A stretch of DNA of 63,421 bases, counting the filler, from Octopus bimaculoides (Eukaryota), in the NCBI RefSeq assembly GCF_001194135.2. It is 6 parts of 6 records of this genome, joined end to end, with 100 filler letters (N's around TTAATTAATTAA, not from the genome) between each part and the next. Parts side by side here need not be neighbours in the genome. Positions count along the whole stretch, not along the records: positions 1 to 7,517 come from NC_068982.1; positions 7,618 to 13,888 come from NC_068994.1; 4 more parts are not named here. One strand, given 5' to 3'. The position numbers and the translations under genes were made by a program. Below, one piece after another: positions 1-11,351 of this stretch (its first letter is position 1; every line of letters begins with the position of its first letter). Under the pieces are notes generated by a model. That model was not told the origin of the DNA, ran no database searches, and was given only the letters and a program-made list of their open reading frames with translations.

Positions 1-235
1 GGAAGCTCCTGACAATGTGCAAAATTTAACAAAACCTTTATATTTCAGGCGAAAAGGCCCAACATCAAAAGAAAAACAGTCTGGTGGTGGTGGTCATCGT
101 CGTCGTCGTTGTCGTCGTCGTCGTGATCGTAGTCGTGGTGGTCGTGGTGGTGGTCGTGGTGGCGGTGGCGGTGGCGTATATTATGGTCTTGGTCGCAGTC
201 GCTGGCATGTTTCCGTAGGAACCACTCCGACTGAC

Positions 236-352
236 ATTTAATTTTTCAGGTTGAGGCGGTGGATCAATAGAGTCTCTTTTATATATAGATTGCCAGTGTT
301 CTTCTCCGAGGCCAGTATGGAGCCGTCTATCTCCTTGGTGGTATTGCTTTAC
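236..352 (-). CDS. Candidate exon (alternative reading of the same DNA)
   Basis: AG at 354-353 and donor GTCAGT at 235, giving 117 nt, phase 0-0: VKQYHQGDRRLHTGLGEEHWQSIYKRDSIDPPPQPEKLN. No recognised family. Confidence 0.25.
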
Positions 353-456
353 CTGGTCAGGTGTTTGCAGAAGGAAGACGTGTGGATAGTGAGATGCTTC
401 TTAATTCAGATGTAGTGTGGTCGTACTCTGTAACCGATGCAGTAGTTGTTGCGTAG
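289..456 (+). CDS. Candidate exon, possibly Kelch-repeat-like
   Basis: After the acceptor ctcttttatatatAG (287-288) the frame reads IASVLLRGQYGAVYLLGGIALPGQVFAEGRRVDSEMLLNSDVVWSYSVTDAVVVA*. About half the codons start with G. The VYLLGG...DVVWSY spacing resembles a Kelch blade. Several possible GT donors lie before the TAG. It competes with a minus-strand reading. Confidence 0.3.
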   Translation: MASVLLRGQYGAVYLLGGIALPGQVFAEGRRVDSEMLLNSDVVWSYSVTDAVVVA

Positions 457-1553
457 GATTATCACCGGTCGTACTGAGTATAACAACAGCGTCAACAAAA
501 TAAATTTGTGTTTTTGAAGGTATTATTTCCGGATGAATACAGCAAAACATTTGCTTTGTTGCAATGTATCTGCAATGTTAATATATATATGTGTGTGTTT
601 AGACAGTTTGATTGATATAGAGAGAGATAGATAGAGACACACATACATAAATATATATATATATGTGTGTGTAAGATATGGTACAATTATTAACAGGACA
701 AATTTTAGCTATTTCTCCGAAGACTGAAAGAAATGATGAAAAACCAAAACTGATTTTTGCACCTTACTGGATTCTCATCGGAAGCTTCTACATAATTTTG
801 ACAGTATCCACAGAAACAAGCAGCTAAACTGTTTATATACTCAACAAATGCATCAGTTACTCTATGAAGGTGTCCTTAATTTGCATACCGAAACTGCTTA
901 ACACTCTATAAATACCAGCTGCCTGTCAACGGCGATCATAGTCCACACAATATCAAGGTATATGATATAATAAATATGCCACATAAAGTTATAATTATAA
1001 ACAGAGCAAATTTTAGCGATTTCTCCACAGCATACATATTATTTATCATATATCTTGTTTTTATATCTTAGTGTCGTTACTCTCGGTGTTCCTTCATCTT
1101 CGTAAAGTGGAAAGCAGAGTATTATTTCGNNNNNNNNNNNNNNNNNNNNNNNNNNNNNNNNNNNNNNNNNNNNNNNNNNNNNNNNNNNNNNNNNNNNNNN
1201 NNNNNNNNNNNNNNNNNNNNNNNNNNNNNNNNNNNNNNNNNNNNNNNNNNNNNNNNNNNNNNNNNNNNNNNNNNNNNNNNNNNNNNNNNNNNNNNNNNNN
1301 NNNNNNNNNNNNNNNNNNNNNNNNNNNNNNNNNNNNNNNNNNNNNNNNNNNNNNNNNNNNNNNNNNNNNNNNNNNNNNNNNTATATGCATATGCTCGAAG
1401 TGAGGAATAGATAGACAGCCGACAATTGATGAAGTGTCGTTCTTTATGTTACTTGTCCTGTTTTCCATTTGTTTCTCTCGTTGTTTACGTATTGAAGTCA
1501 TTTGTTTTCGTATTTCATGTTGTGTACTGTTGGTGACGTCCTGTACCCATATA

Positions 1554-1600
<47 letters not shown>

Positions 1601-2454
1601 TTTGCTACTCCGTTATTGGTGGGATCAACAAAGATGTTAAAAGAGAATTCCATCCACTCAGAGATAAGCACCATTTAATATAAAAAAAAAAGATCTTAAT
1701 ACAAACCGCTATTTGTTTCATAGTGTGAAAACACAATAAACTATCAAGATTATATATGAAAGTTTGCGCTCCTAAGCATTTTTCAAACCTAAATATACAA
1801 CAGCCCCAGCCATGTTACATATTTCATTCTGGAATATTGGTTGAAAACACAAGACACGATATATATTGCGTTTATTGTGTTTTCGCAGCATGTAATTAAT
1901 AATATCTCGTATTTAAATACTGTGTATATTAAATGATACATACACGCATATATATATCCCCCACAACCAAGTCCAATAACTTATTTTTATCACTTCACGC
2001 CACACGCAACACTCATAATTTAACAACTAAATATCAACATTCACTCTCATATAGGTACGTACCTATCTTGCTTTCTATATTAATTTACCCATGACTGTAT
2101 ATATGTGTGTGCGTGTGTATATGTGTATGAATCTGTATCTATATTGCGATTTGTGTATGCATAAGCACATCCATGGATGTATGTGTGTTGACCTACGAGT
2201 ACCCATATATGTGTGCGAAGAGACGAAGCAAGACAAATATGCACATGCATGGATATACACATCACATTCCTAGGTTTTACGTAGTCCCATTGGACCACCC
2301 CGCTTTTTGTTATCTGATATATTCTATAAAACACGTTACTTTACTTTTGATGTTTGCCTGAACGATTTAGTCATTTTCACTCATATAAATAAACTAATAA
2401 ATAAATAAATAAATATATATATATATATATATATATACTCTTACTCTCTCACTC

Positions 2455-2998
2455 TTTTACTCTTTCACTTGTTTCAGTCATTTGACTGCGGATATACTGG
2501 AGCACCACCTTTAGTCGAGCAAATCGACCCCAGGACTTATTCTTTGTAAGCCTAGTACTTATTTTATCGGTCTCTTTTGCCGAACCGCTAAGTTACGGGG
2601 ACGTAAACACACCAGCATCTGTTGTTAAGCGATGTTGGGGGGACAAACACAGACATGCAAACATATACGCANNNNNNNNNNNNNNNNNNNNNNNNNNNNN
2701 NNNNNNNNNNNNNNNNNNNNNNNNNNNNNNNNNNNNNNNNNNNNNNNNNNNNNNNNNNNNNNNNNNNNNNNNNNNNNNNNNNNNNNNNNNNNNNNNNNNN
2801 NNATATATATATATATATATATATACATATATACGACGGGCTTCTTTCAGTTTCCGTCTACCAAATCCACTCACAAGGCTTTGGTCGGCCCGAGGCTATA
2901 GTAGAAGACACTTGCGTAAGGTGCCACACAGTGGGACTGAACCCAGAACCATGTGGTTAGTAGGCAAGCTACTTACCACACAGCCACTCCTACGGTCT
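2455..2998 (-). mobile_element. tRNA-headed SINE, family A
   Basis: The minus strand reads GGAGTGGCTGTGTGGTAAG (A box) ... GGTTCAGTCCC (B box), then a CORE-like body, an internal (TA)n/gap and a tail ending gactgaaacaagt. It is near-identical to the copy at 36181-36624. Confidence 0.85.
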
Positions 2999-2999
2999 A

Positions 3000-3420
3000 T
3001 AATTCAAAGTGATCGGCTTCACAGAGCAAAAGTTCAGGATCTGTTCGGACGTAGCGTTGTCAAAGCTAGGGTGCATGATTTAAAGCATGAAAGAACAAAA
3101 GCCGTTCGCTGCAGGAGCGTGACGTTGAAACAAAACGACAATTCGGTCTTTGACGACTTGAGAGTGGGGCGTGCTGCTCGACTCCATACAGACGTATGCG
3201 GCTTTTCATTGGCTCTTCACTCAATTGTATGGAAAGAACGGTGGACCGAAAACGGAAATGAACTTTATCACATGAATAAGGAAGCGTAGTTCTGTGAAAG
3301 GCCAACAACAAATGAAAAAATACCGGAAGTGATGTCTGGCCGCACGTGGGAGAGATGCCAGGGCTGAATGACCTTCTCTGAGCTTTATCTTCATATGCCA
3401 AACTCTCTCGGGGGCTTCAC
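3000..3420 (-). mobile_element. Degenerate mariner transposase fragment
   Basis: Frameshifted minus-strand remnants resembling HDKL.FRKV...WVP.QLSEEQ.K.R (DKVHFRFRSTVLSIQLSEEPMKSR). Confidence 0.4.
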
Positions 3421-5817
3421 TTGGAAACTCCAATGAAGAGATTCCATGCAACTACAACTGTAAAACCTTCGTAGGGAACAAATATTATAAACATCTGTTT
3501 ATCATAATCTATCCAGAATTTACTCTATATATCCCGACCAGTAATACTACTAAGTATAGTAGATAGCAGTAACTAAACCACTATACCATTAGCTGACAGA
3601 ATAATTATGATGAACGTGGAACCCTTAACTTAAGACTAGCAGTCATACAGCTAATTCTACACACAAGGTATACTATATATATATATAGGAAATCTGCAAT
3701 TGCGCCATAAATACCGTCTCGGTTATAATCTTGGAGCCCTAAGTAATCCGTAACAGCACTTACCTAGCGTACCTAATCGTTTAGATCACCTGTGAACTAA
3801 ACCCCTATACTTCGTATATATTTGTGTGTGTGTGTGATACTAGACATATACACATGGTCATACACACATTTACAGGCATATTTATGCATGCGTACATACA
3901 TACCCTTGTATGCCAAATAGTATACTTATATTAATTTAAATTTCCGTGCAGGGAGGTCATTTATTTCCCCTTTTTAACGAATAAATTGGAGATCTAGAAT
4001 GCGGTGGTTCAACCTACTAAAAGGACCAGCCAAATCTTGTCTTAATTTACACCGAATTATCTTAAAAGGGAACCGCCACTTTGGGTATTATAGTCTTGGA
4101 TATTAAATGTTCAGTGTTCGAATGCCTTTGAACATAAGGCTATTCGATCGAGGCTAACCTGGGACTAAAAAACGACAATACAAACATCCAAACATCAATT
4201 TTCTTAATTTTGTAATTTTTTTTTTCCTTCACTTATTCATATTTGTATGAGTAGAAGCGCATCTAAANNNNNNNNNNATTTCTGAAGATTGTTCAGTTTA
4301 TTATCTGAATATTGATAAGAGCACAGCAGAAATGCGTGTTTATAATAAGAAGTAAAGCCTTCAAAAATAATCCTTTTAGTTTAAGCATCATATTTAAATC
4401 TTTTGTAATTATAAAACTAAAACAGCACAAAATGGCTTCATAAAAGCCATTCAACTTAACGACCTTTACGTGAAAATAATAGAATTCCTGTTTGCAAAAG
4501 AATTACTGGAACCACTACAAAACGAAAAAAAAATCTATTGTGACATGCTAGCACCTCATCAGTTTCCTTTGTTGCAGAGATTCTACAACGAAATATCACA
4601 AGAGCTTTGCACAATTTTGGTTTTGCAGAAGCTATTAACAAAATCTCTAAAAACATTACAGGCCAGTTATGAAATTTATTGAATGTAATCTCTTCGTTAT
4701 TTAAAACGTAGATATAGGATGATTAACACATAGGAAAAAAAACAGTTCCATTGTATATTTATTATAGTATTAAATAGAAATCCAAGTTTATGATACGCTG
4801 AGAACAGAGTGCATTAAATCTGGCCATATTTTGAGAAAATTAAGAACAAGTTCCCTACTCAGTTTGCGAAATCAAGGTCTTTCTTCTTGCAGATCACTAT
4901 AATCATAGACAAACACGTACACATATGCACATACAAACACACACACATACACTCCTCCCCTATATATGTATAAATATATATATATATACAAATAAATTAG
5001 GGTACCGAAATACCAGCTTGCTCGAAATAGGAGTCAACACTCCGAATCCAAAAATTTCTCACTATTAAGAAATTTGGTGGCCACTTTATTATTATTGCCA
5101 TTAATTGTGTGTGTGTACAGAGAGAGAGAGAGCTGAGAAGTTGAAAGTGGAGACACTAATCTAAGACGCAAAAATACAGAGGATAAATTTATCAGCCAAT
5201 TTTACCAGTTCTGCCTCCCACTCGTAACGTATTAAATCAAAATCTGATGTGTTTTGTTTTTATGGTTATCATTTTTTCCGCTTGCTTTTCTTGTTTTCTT
5301 CTTTTTCTTTTTTCTTTTTTTTTTTGCTTTCTTATCTTTATTCTTTGTCTGGTTTGTTACGTGAATACATCAGAGGTGGTTTGTTTGTTTTTTGTTTTGG
5401 GGGTTTGTTTTTTTGTTTGTTTGTTTTTTCCTAGATTGGATGTAGAAAGTAATTTTATATCTTGTCACAACAGATGTATGATGAATTGTGACATTTATAC
5501 CGAAATACTGTTTGCAGATGTTACGCTTCCAAAACAAAAATAAAAAAAAACAAAAAGCCAAATAAAAGGAAACAGCCTTACTAAACCACCTGAGCGATAC
5601 ATATCTGGTAATTCTAATCTAGCAGTATCTTTCAACCATGCTCCTTACTTTTAACCCACACCCCCGATCTCCCCTTCCAACAAATCACTATTCGTACCTG
5701 TAAGTGTTTGATGTCCAGTACTATAGACTTACAAATTACCGGTACATTCTCATTTTTGTTTCAATCTTACACTGTAATGTTAAAAATATATCCATAGATT
5801 GTTAGCCAACTCTATTG

Positions 5818-6014
5818 TTGTTGGCACTCCGTCGCTTACGACGTCGAGGGTTCCAGTTGATCCGATCAATGGAGCAGCCTGCTCGTGAAATTAACGTGCA
5901 AGTGGCTGAGCACTCCACACACACGTGTACCCTTAACGTAGTTCTCGGGGATATTCAGCGTTACACAATGTGACAAGGCTGACCCTTTGAATTACAGGCA
6001 CAACAGAAACATGA
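5818..6014 (-). mobile_element. SINE family B, 3' part (cut by gap)
   Basis: Reverse complement of the 3' half of the full copy at 38764-39151. Confidence 0.85.
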
Positions 6015-6553
6015 ANNNNNNNNNNNNNNNNNNNNNNNNNNNNNNNNNNNNNNNNNNNNNNNNNNNNNNNNNNNNNNNNNNNNNNNNNNNNNNNNNNNNN
6101 NNNNNNNNNNNNNNNNNNNNNNNNNNNNNNNNNNNNNNNNNNNNNNNNNNNNNNNNNNNNNNNNNNNNNNNNNNNNNNNNNNNNNNNNNNNNNNNNNNNN
6201 NNNNNNNNNNNNNNNNNNNNNNNNNNNNNNNNNNNNNNNNNNNNNNNNNNNNNNNNNNNNNNNNNNNNNNNNNNNNNNNNNNNNNNNNNNNNNNNNNNNN
6301 NNNNNNNNNNNNNNNNNNNNNNNNNNNNNNNNNNNNNNNNNNNNNNNNNNNNNNNNNNNNNNNNNNNNNNNNNNNNNNNNNNNNNNNNNNNNNNNNNNNN
6401 NNNNNNNNNNNNNNNNNNNNNNNNNNNNNNNNNNNNNNNNNNNNNNNNNNNNNNNNNNNNNNNNNNNNNNNNNNNNNNNNNNNNNNNNNNNNNNNNNNNN
6501 NNNNNNNNNNNNNNNNNNNNNNNNNNNNNNNNNNNNNNNNNNNNNNNNNNNNN

Positions 6554-6590
<37 letters not shown>

Positions 6591-6602
6591 TTAATTCCTT
6601 AC

Positions 6603-6697
6603 GGAGTTCGATGTTGTCTGCAACTTAGTTTTGACAACTCCAGCAACGACACTGGCGTCAAGCTCCATCGGCCCATTCTCTTTCCATTCTTTGTCAT
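6603..6697 (-). CDS. Candidate exon
   Basis: Donor GTAAGG at 6602 and a weak acceptor cctgaccaaaAG. The 95-nt frame reads DKEWKENGPMELDASVVAGVVKTKLQTTSNS. A second frame is also open from an acceptor farther upstream. Confidence 0.25.
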
Positions 6698-7304
6698 CTT
6701 TTGGTCAGGACGAGAGGTTGTACCCGTGATACCTACACTAAGTTTTTGTAACTAGAAGGAGGAAGGGAGAATATTCTCAAATCGGTGACCCTACCCGGGT
6801 GTTTGCAACAGACTGAACTCAGTTAAAGACATCCAAAGTACCGTGGAGAGGTGTTGAACCCGACTGCGGAATACGTATACCAATAAAATAGTAGACCGTC
6901 TTTGAACTGGAATTAAGAATGCAGTCGGAAGAAAATACCGTAAGGCATCTGGTCCGACATTCTTATAATTCCGCCAATCAACCTCCCAGGATTGGTCTTT
7001 TTTAACTGACCCCAAAAAGGATGAAAGACAAATCTAGCCTCGGCAGAATTTGAATTAGAGGCAAAGTGCGTGAGAATAAATACAGCAAGACAAGTTGGTC
7101 AGTTAGCTGCCACTCTTTATATGACGTCAATGATTTAGAGAGGGGAAATATGCATTACAAACAACTGCTTCTCACCCATAACAGCTTACCCAAGCTTACT
7201 CCCTGGAGAACATGCGCCACCGCTGTCGTGCCACTCTCTGCCAATGCAGACTTAAGCAAGGCTTTCCACGTTCAAATCCACAACCTTGCAGAATTTAAAG
7301 ATGT

Positions 7305-7517
7305 AGCGGCGAACTGGCAGAAACGTTAGCGCGCCGGGCGAAATGCTTAGCGGTATTTCGTCTGCCGTTACGTTCCGAGTTCAAATTCCGCCGAGGTCGA
7401 CTTTGCCTTTCATCATTTCGGGGTCGATAAATTAAGTACCAGTTACGCACTGGGGTCGATGTAATCGATTTAATCCCTTTGTCTGTCTTTGTTTGTCCCC
7501 TCTATGTTTGTCTTTGT
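7305..7517 (+). mobile_element. tRNA-headed SINE, family C
   Basis: GGCGAACTGGCAGAAACGTTAG head, then GAGTTCAAATTCCGCCGAGGTCGACTTTGCCTTTCATC and ggggtcgatgtaatcga. The family recurs at about 28897, 40400, 45590, 46040, 53938 and 57398. Confidence 0.8.
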
Positions 7518-7617
7518 NNNNNNNNNNNNNNNNNNNNNNNNNNNNNNNNNNNNNNNNNNNNTTAATTAATTAANNNNNNNNNNNNNNNNNNNNNNNNNNN
7601 NNNNNNNNNNNNNNNNN
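7518..7617. other. Artificial concatenation spacer (44 N + TTAATTAATTAA + 44 N)
   Basis: TTAATTAATTAA at 7562-7573 centred in exactly 100 nt. It gives stops in all six frames, and the same construct occurs five times. Confidence 0.93.
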
Positions 7618-7697
7618 GAATACGGTTTCAAAACCCAGCTCGAGAGATAGGGATATAACACTAATTGTATTTTCGGTGGTCGCATCAATATATATAT

Positions 7698-7882
7698 ATG
7701 TCATGAGATTTTTGCTCCGTGTTCGCTGCTGGCAGTATCGCCAGTTGAATGTGCTTCACCGAGCACCAAGACCATCTAGACCAGAAAAGGCCAGACGCCT
7801 TGGCTACAAGTCCAAACAAGGCTACGATATCTATAGGATCCGTATACGCCGTGGTGGACGTAAACGACCTGTACCAAAAGGT
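7698..7882 (+). pseudogene. RPL15: Truncated 60S ribosomal protein L15 copy (about residues 18-78)
   Basis: [61 protein letters not shown] matches eL15. Homology stops abruptly at both ends, there is no AG acceptor at the 5' edge and no intron in the span, and a conserved hydrophobic residue in QGYVIY is replaced by Asp. Confidence 0.85.
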
Positions 7883-8547
7883 GACCCTACCGTTACAAGT
7901 GGTAATCCCCGACTTAAACATTTCGATACCGTTACAATTGGTGACCTTCTGACTATAACATCTTACAAACGTTACATATATATATCACTATACATATGTG
8001 TGTGTGTATATATATATATGTATATGTGTGTGTGTGTTTATATATNNNNNNNNNNATATATATATATATATATATATATATATAGCGAAAGAGAGAGAGA
8101 GAGGGAGAAATAATTAGTATATGATATAACTTATTAAACAGAGTTCAACACATTCATTCATATTTATGCAATGGGGGTGGAGATCTAATCTCCTCATTAC
8201 ATAAATATGAATGAATTGGTTGAACTTTGCTTAATAAGGTAAATCATATACTGATTACACAATATAACACATGTTTTGTTTATTTGTATCTTTTAATGTT
8301 CATATATGCACTTTTGCCACTAAATTCAAAAATCACATTCGTTTTGACGTAACATCGATAGTCATTTATTTATTCCTAATTTCGTATTTGCTCGTTATAT
8401 TTCTAACTTTTCTCTACAGCACTTTGTTGGTTCAATCTATTCTAGTATTGTGAGGATAATTACACAACATTTAGTACTTTTTCATATATTGAAAGGTATT
8501 TAGGAAGTATAATATTAGTTAGAACAAAAAGAAACAATAAAAGTCTG

Positions 8548-9150
8548 CACTGTAAATGCCTTGATAACTCTTTTCTTAAGATGAGAAGTGCTTTGACGAT
8601 CGAGATTTTCTGGAGTGTATACCTTCATCTCTTCTGACTAGAGACCATGTATAATCTCCCATCATAGCAGTATCCCATCGTCCTTGGTAACTTCCTTCCA
8701 TAGTTGCGATGTCCTGATGAAATCTCTCCCCATGCTCCTCACTGACATCACCCAAATTTTCGGGGAAAAAATCTAGGTGAAAGTACAAAAAACGAACCTT
8801 TAAGGACATACGACAACNNNNNNNNNNTCCTTGGGATTTCCTAGGAATCCACGAACTGCATCACGAACTGCACATCAAGCGTCTTTTTCAACTTTTGTCA
8901 TCGCTCTTTCCAGTTTCTTCGACTTTAACATTGCATTTACTTGAGGCCCAACAAATATGCCACCCTTGATCTTAGCCTCAGATAGCTTTGGAAACATAAG
9001 ACAAATTTCTTGAAAAGCTTCTCCTCTAAATTCAAAGGCCTTCACAAACTGTTTTACGAATCCGAGTTTGATATGAAGCGGGGTAATAAGATAATATCTA
9101 TGGTGAGTATAAGTAACTGATAGCAATAATAATATAGATGGTTCACAAGT
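8548..9150 (-). mobile_element. DNA transposon transposase relic, Chapaev3 (CMC)-like
   Basis: Fragments PLHIKLGFVKQFVKAF...FPKLSEAKIKGGIFVGPQV and HLDFFPENLGDVSEEHGERFHQDIATMEGSYQGRWDTAMMGDYTWSL. The superfamily assignment is from memory of these motifs. Confidence 0.65.
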
Positions 9151-9239
9151 TTTTTAATAGCATTATATATTTTTTATGCGCCCTTTTGAATGGGCCCGGT
9201 TTCCAAGGCGTATGTGTTCCATCGCAGCATTACTCAAGA

Positions 9240-9308
9240 AACAGGAAGAAAGAGTGAGAGAAAGTTGCGAGTCCGCTGCCCGAACCACTGGGCCATTACA
9301 CCTCCACA
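9240..9308 (-). mobile_element. SINE family B, head fragment
   Basis: Reverse complement reads gtggaggtgtaatggcccagtggttcgggcagcggactcgc fused to the ctttctctcactct segment. Confidence 0.7.
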
Positions 9309-9363
9309 GTATCATATAGCTATACATTAAAATTAAAAAAAACAGCACAAAGTTTAAGGAATC

Positions 9364-9535
9364 AGAATCTCAAAGCTATCACCGAAATATGACAACAGTA
9401 GACGTGCAAACGATTAAAGAATTAAACAATTAATCTTTAATGATATGTTTTTAATTGTTTAATTCTTTAACCGTTTGCTCGCCTACTGTTATCTCTGTCA
9501 TATATCGGTGATTTCGGTGGTAGATTTGAGATTCT
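9364..9535. mobile_element. Foldback/MITE-like long inverted repeat
   Basis: Arm 9364-9433 (agaatctcaaagctatcaccgaaat...aagaattaaacaattaa) is the imperfect reverse complement of 9451-9535, with a 17-nt spacer. Confidence 0.75.
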
Positions 9536-9613
9536 AACACCTATTTCTAAACACGTTGATGCCTCGTGCGTCCTTAAGCTAAGTGCTAATTTCTAATTAT
9601 ATATATATATAAC

Positions 9614-9659
9614 AAAACTGTCCGATGAACGGGAACGTGAAACTCAGAGTAACGGTTTT
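9614..9659 (+). ncRNA. Hammerhead-like ribozyme fold, type I, U4C variant core
   Basis: AAAACUGU-CCGAUGA-ACG(GGAA)CGU-GAA-ACUC.A.GAGU-A-ACGGUUUU. Stems I, II and III all pair and the putative cleavage triplet is GUA. Confidence 0.5.
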
Positions 9660-9841
9660 TTTGTTATATTTCTGCTGCTTTTAAATAAAGTATATATATA
9701 TAGGAGATGTACTTGCATAGCAAGTGACCTGATCTGAGATCGTGTGCTGGAACGAAAACAATTGCAGCGTGGAAGGTGTTTATAAGCCATTTAAAATAAC
9801 ACACAAAAGCTGTCAGATTCACTTCAACATTTAAATTTAAC

Positions 9842-9890
9842 TTGTCAAAATATTTTCGTCGCTTTGAGACCGCGACCTGTTCACTGACAA
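9842..9890 (-). ncRNA. Minimal type-I hammerhead fold with G3:C8 swapped core
   Basis: UUGUCA-GUGAACA-G-GUCGC(GGUCUCAAA)GCGAC-GAA-AAUAUU-U-UGACAA, with palindromic helix III. An inverted partial copy follows at 9905-9933. Confidence 0.6.
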
Positions 9891-10025
9891 AAGATGCAGT
9901 ACAATTTTGTCAGTGAACAGGTCGGGGTCTGAANNNNNNNNNNNNNNNNNNNNNNNNNNNNNNNNNNNNNNNNNNNNNNNNNNNNNNNNNNNNNNNNNNN
10001 NNNNNNNNNNNNNNNNNNNNTATAT

Positions 10026-10058
<33 letters not shown>

Positions 10059-10674
10059 TTTTAAAGAGATTTTAAAGAGATTTGTTGTGTAAGGCCAGAA
10101 CTATGCGAGAAGATACAAAGTATTATTTCCGCTCTTTAAAGTTATACTTTAAAATTCTTCACCAAACTACGTCATTTTAATATCTACATAGATATAAATA
10201 TATACACACGCATACATGTATGTTTGTTTACAAACATAAACACCTGCACTTCAGTTGTGATTTGTCAAGGCATACAAAATAAAAATAATAAAAAACTAAG
10301 GTTAGTTAGAGTCAAGAGTATTGATAGATATCTAAAGTGAAAGAGTGAGGGAGAAAGCTTAGCTAATAAATCCAGTCAGCTTGACAGATAAAGAGAAAGA
10401 GAAAGAGAAACCCAGTTTAATAAAAACAGACTTCGGGTGATAAAATAGACATTCGCACAGTTGAACTGGTTAGTGTCAATTCAGTAGGTGTGAAGTTATT
10501 GCGATAACTAAAACAAACAACATACAGAAAAGAAAAGCGCAACAAAAGGATCAACGACAAGAAAGAAAATTTATTAACGAAGTAAAAGAAACAACAAACA
10601 AACTACAATTTGGAAAGCGCACGCGGGCGTTGTGTGTACTTAGAGCGTGACTGGGTCCTTTTATTGACTTTCAG

Positions 10675-10946
10675 CATTCAGGTACATAAAAGGAACACTC
10701 AAAACAGAGGACAACCCAAACAGACTGGATAACTTTCCACAACACTCATCAATTGTCAACAGCAATATTAAGAAGATGTCTGAAGTTAAAAATAATAAAA
10801 ATGCGGAGCACAACTTAGCCAAGAAACTGGGTTTCCCAACTGAAGAAGGATGCCATTCGATGGCGAATTTGCTCAAAGAGTGTTTATCAAATGATGATGT
10901 GAAGCAAATGTATTCAGAATGGGGTGAAACAGGGACATACGATAAG
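10675..10946 (+). CDS. Candidate internal exon of an unidentified gene
   Basis: Acceptor ttttattgactttcAG and donor AAG|GTAAGC bound 272 nt, open in phase 1 to 0: FRYIKGTLKTEDNPNRLDNFPQHSSIVNSNIKKMSEVKNNKNAEHNLAKKLGFPTEEGCHSMANLLKECLSNDDVKQMYSEWGETGTYDK. Confidence 0.5.
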
Positions 10947-11351
10947 GTAAGCAGAAAGAGGGCTCATGATGACCCTAATGCTATTTTGTATATGCTCTCA
11001 TTCTCCATCTCCTTTTTTTGTTCTCTGCAAACTTGTTACTTTAATCCCCACCTAAACATGTAGATCTATAGTATGGTAATGCGGAAAACAAAATCCTGTT
11101 TTCCTCATCTTCAGGGTAAACTTATACAAACTCATTCTTTTTTAGTTTGTGTGTGTGTGTTTATTAGTCTTGATAAATTAAAGAAAAAATAGGATTCTCT
11201 ACATAACCGCTCGATCTGTCAGAAATAGCTGCCCAAATATTCCTCAAATCACGCTACCGTATTAAGTGAAAAGGACACACTGGGCAACGCAGCCTCCGAT
11301 ACATTATGTCCAAAGGAAAAAAAAACAAAAACAAAACAAAACCAACTTTAC

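Noticed and set aside
17-241. Gly/Arg-rich ORF resembling an RGG protein
   Set aside because: It derives from a degenerate (GGT/CGT)n microsatellite and has no independent support.
4427-4682. Open frame QNGFIKAIQLNDLYVKIIEFLFAKELLEPLQ...
   Set aside because: No recognisable homology, weak splice context, and several competing cryptic acceptors.
4270-10946. Phase-compatible plus-strand chain 4270-4350, 5435-5476, 10675-10946
   Set aside because: It crosses the synthetic linker at 7518-7617, and the first two exons have weak support.
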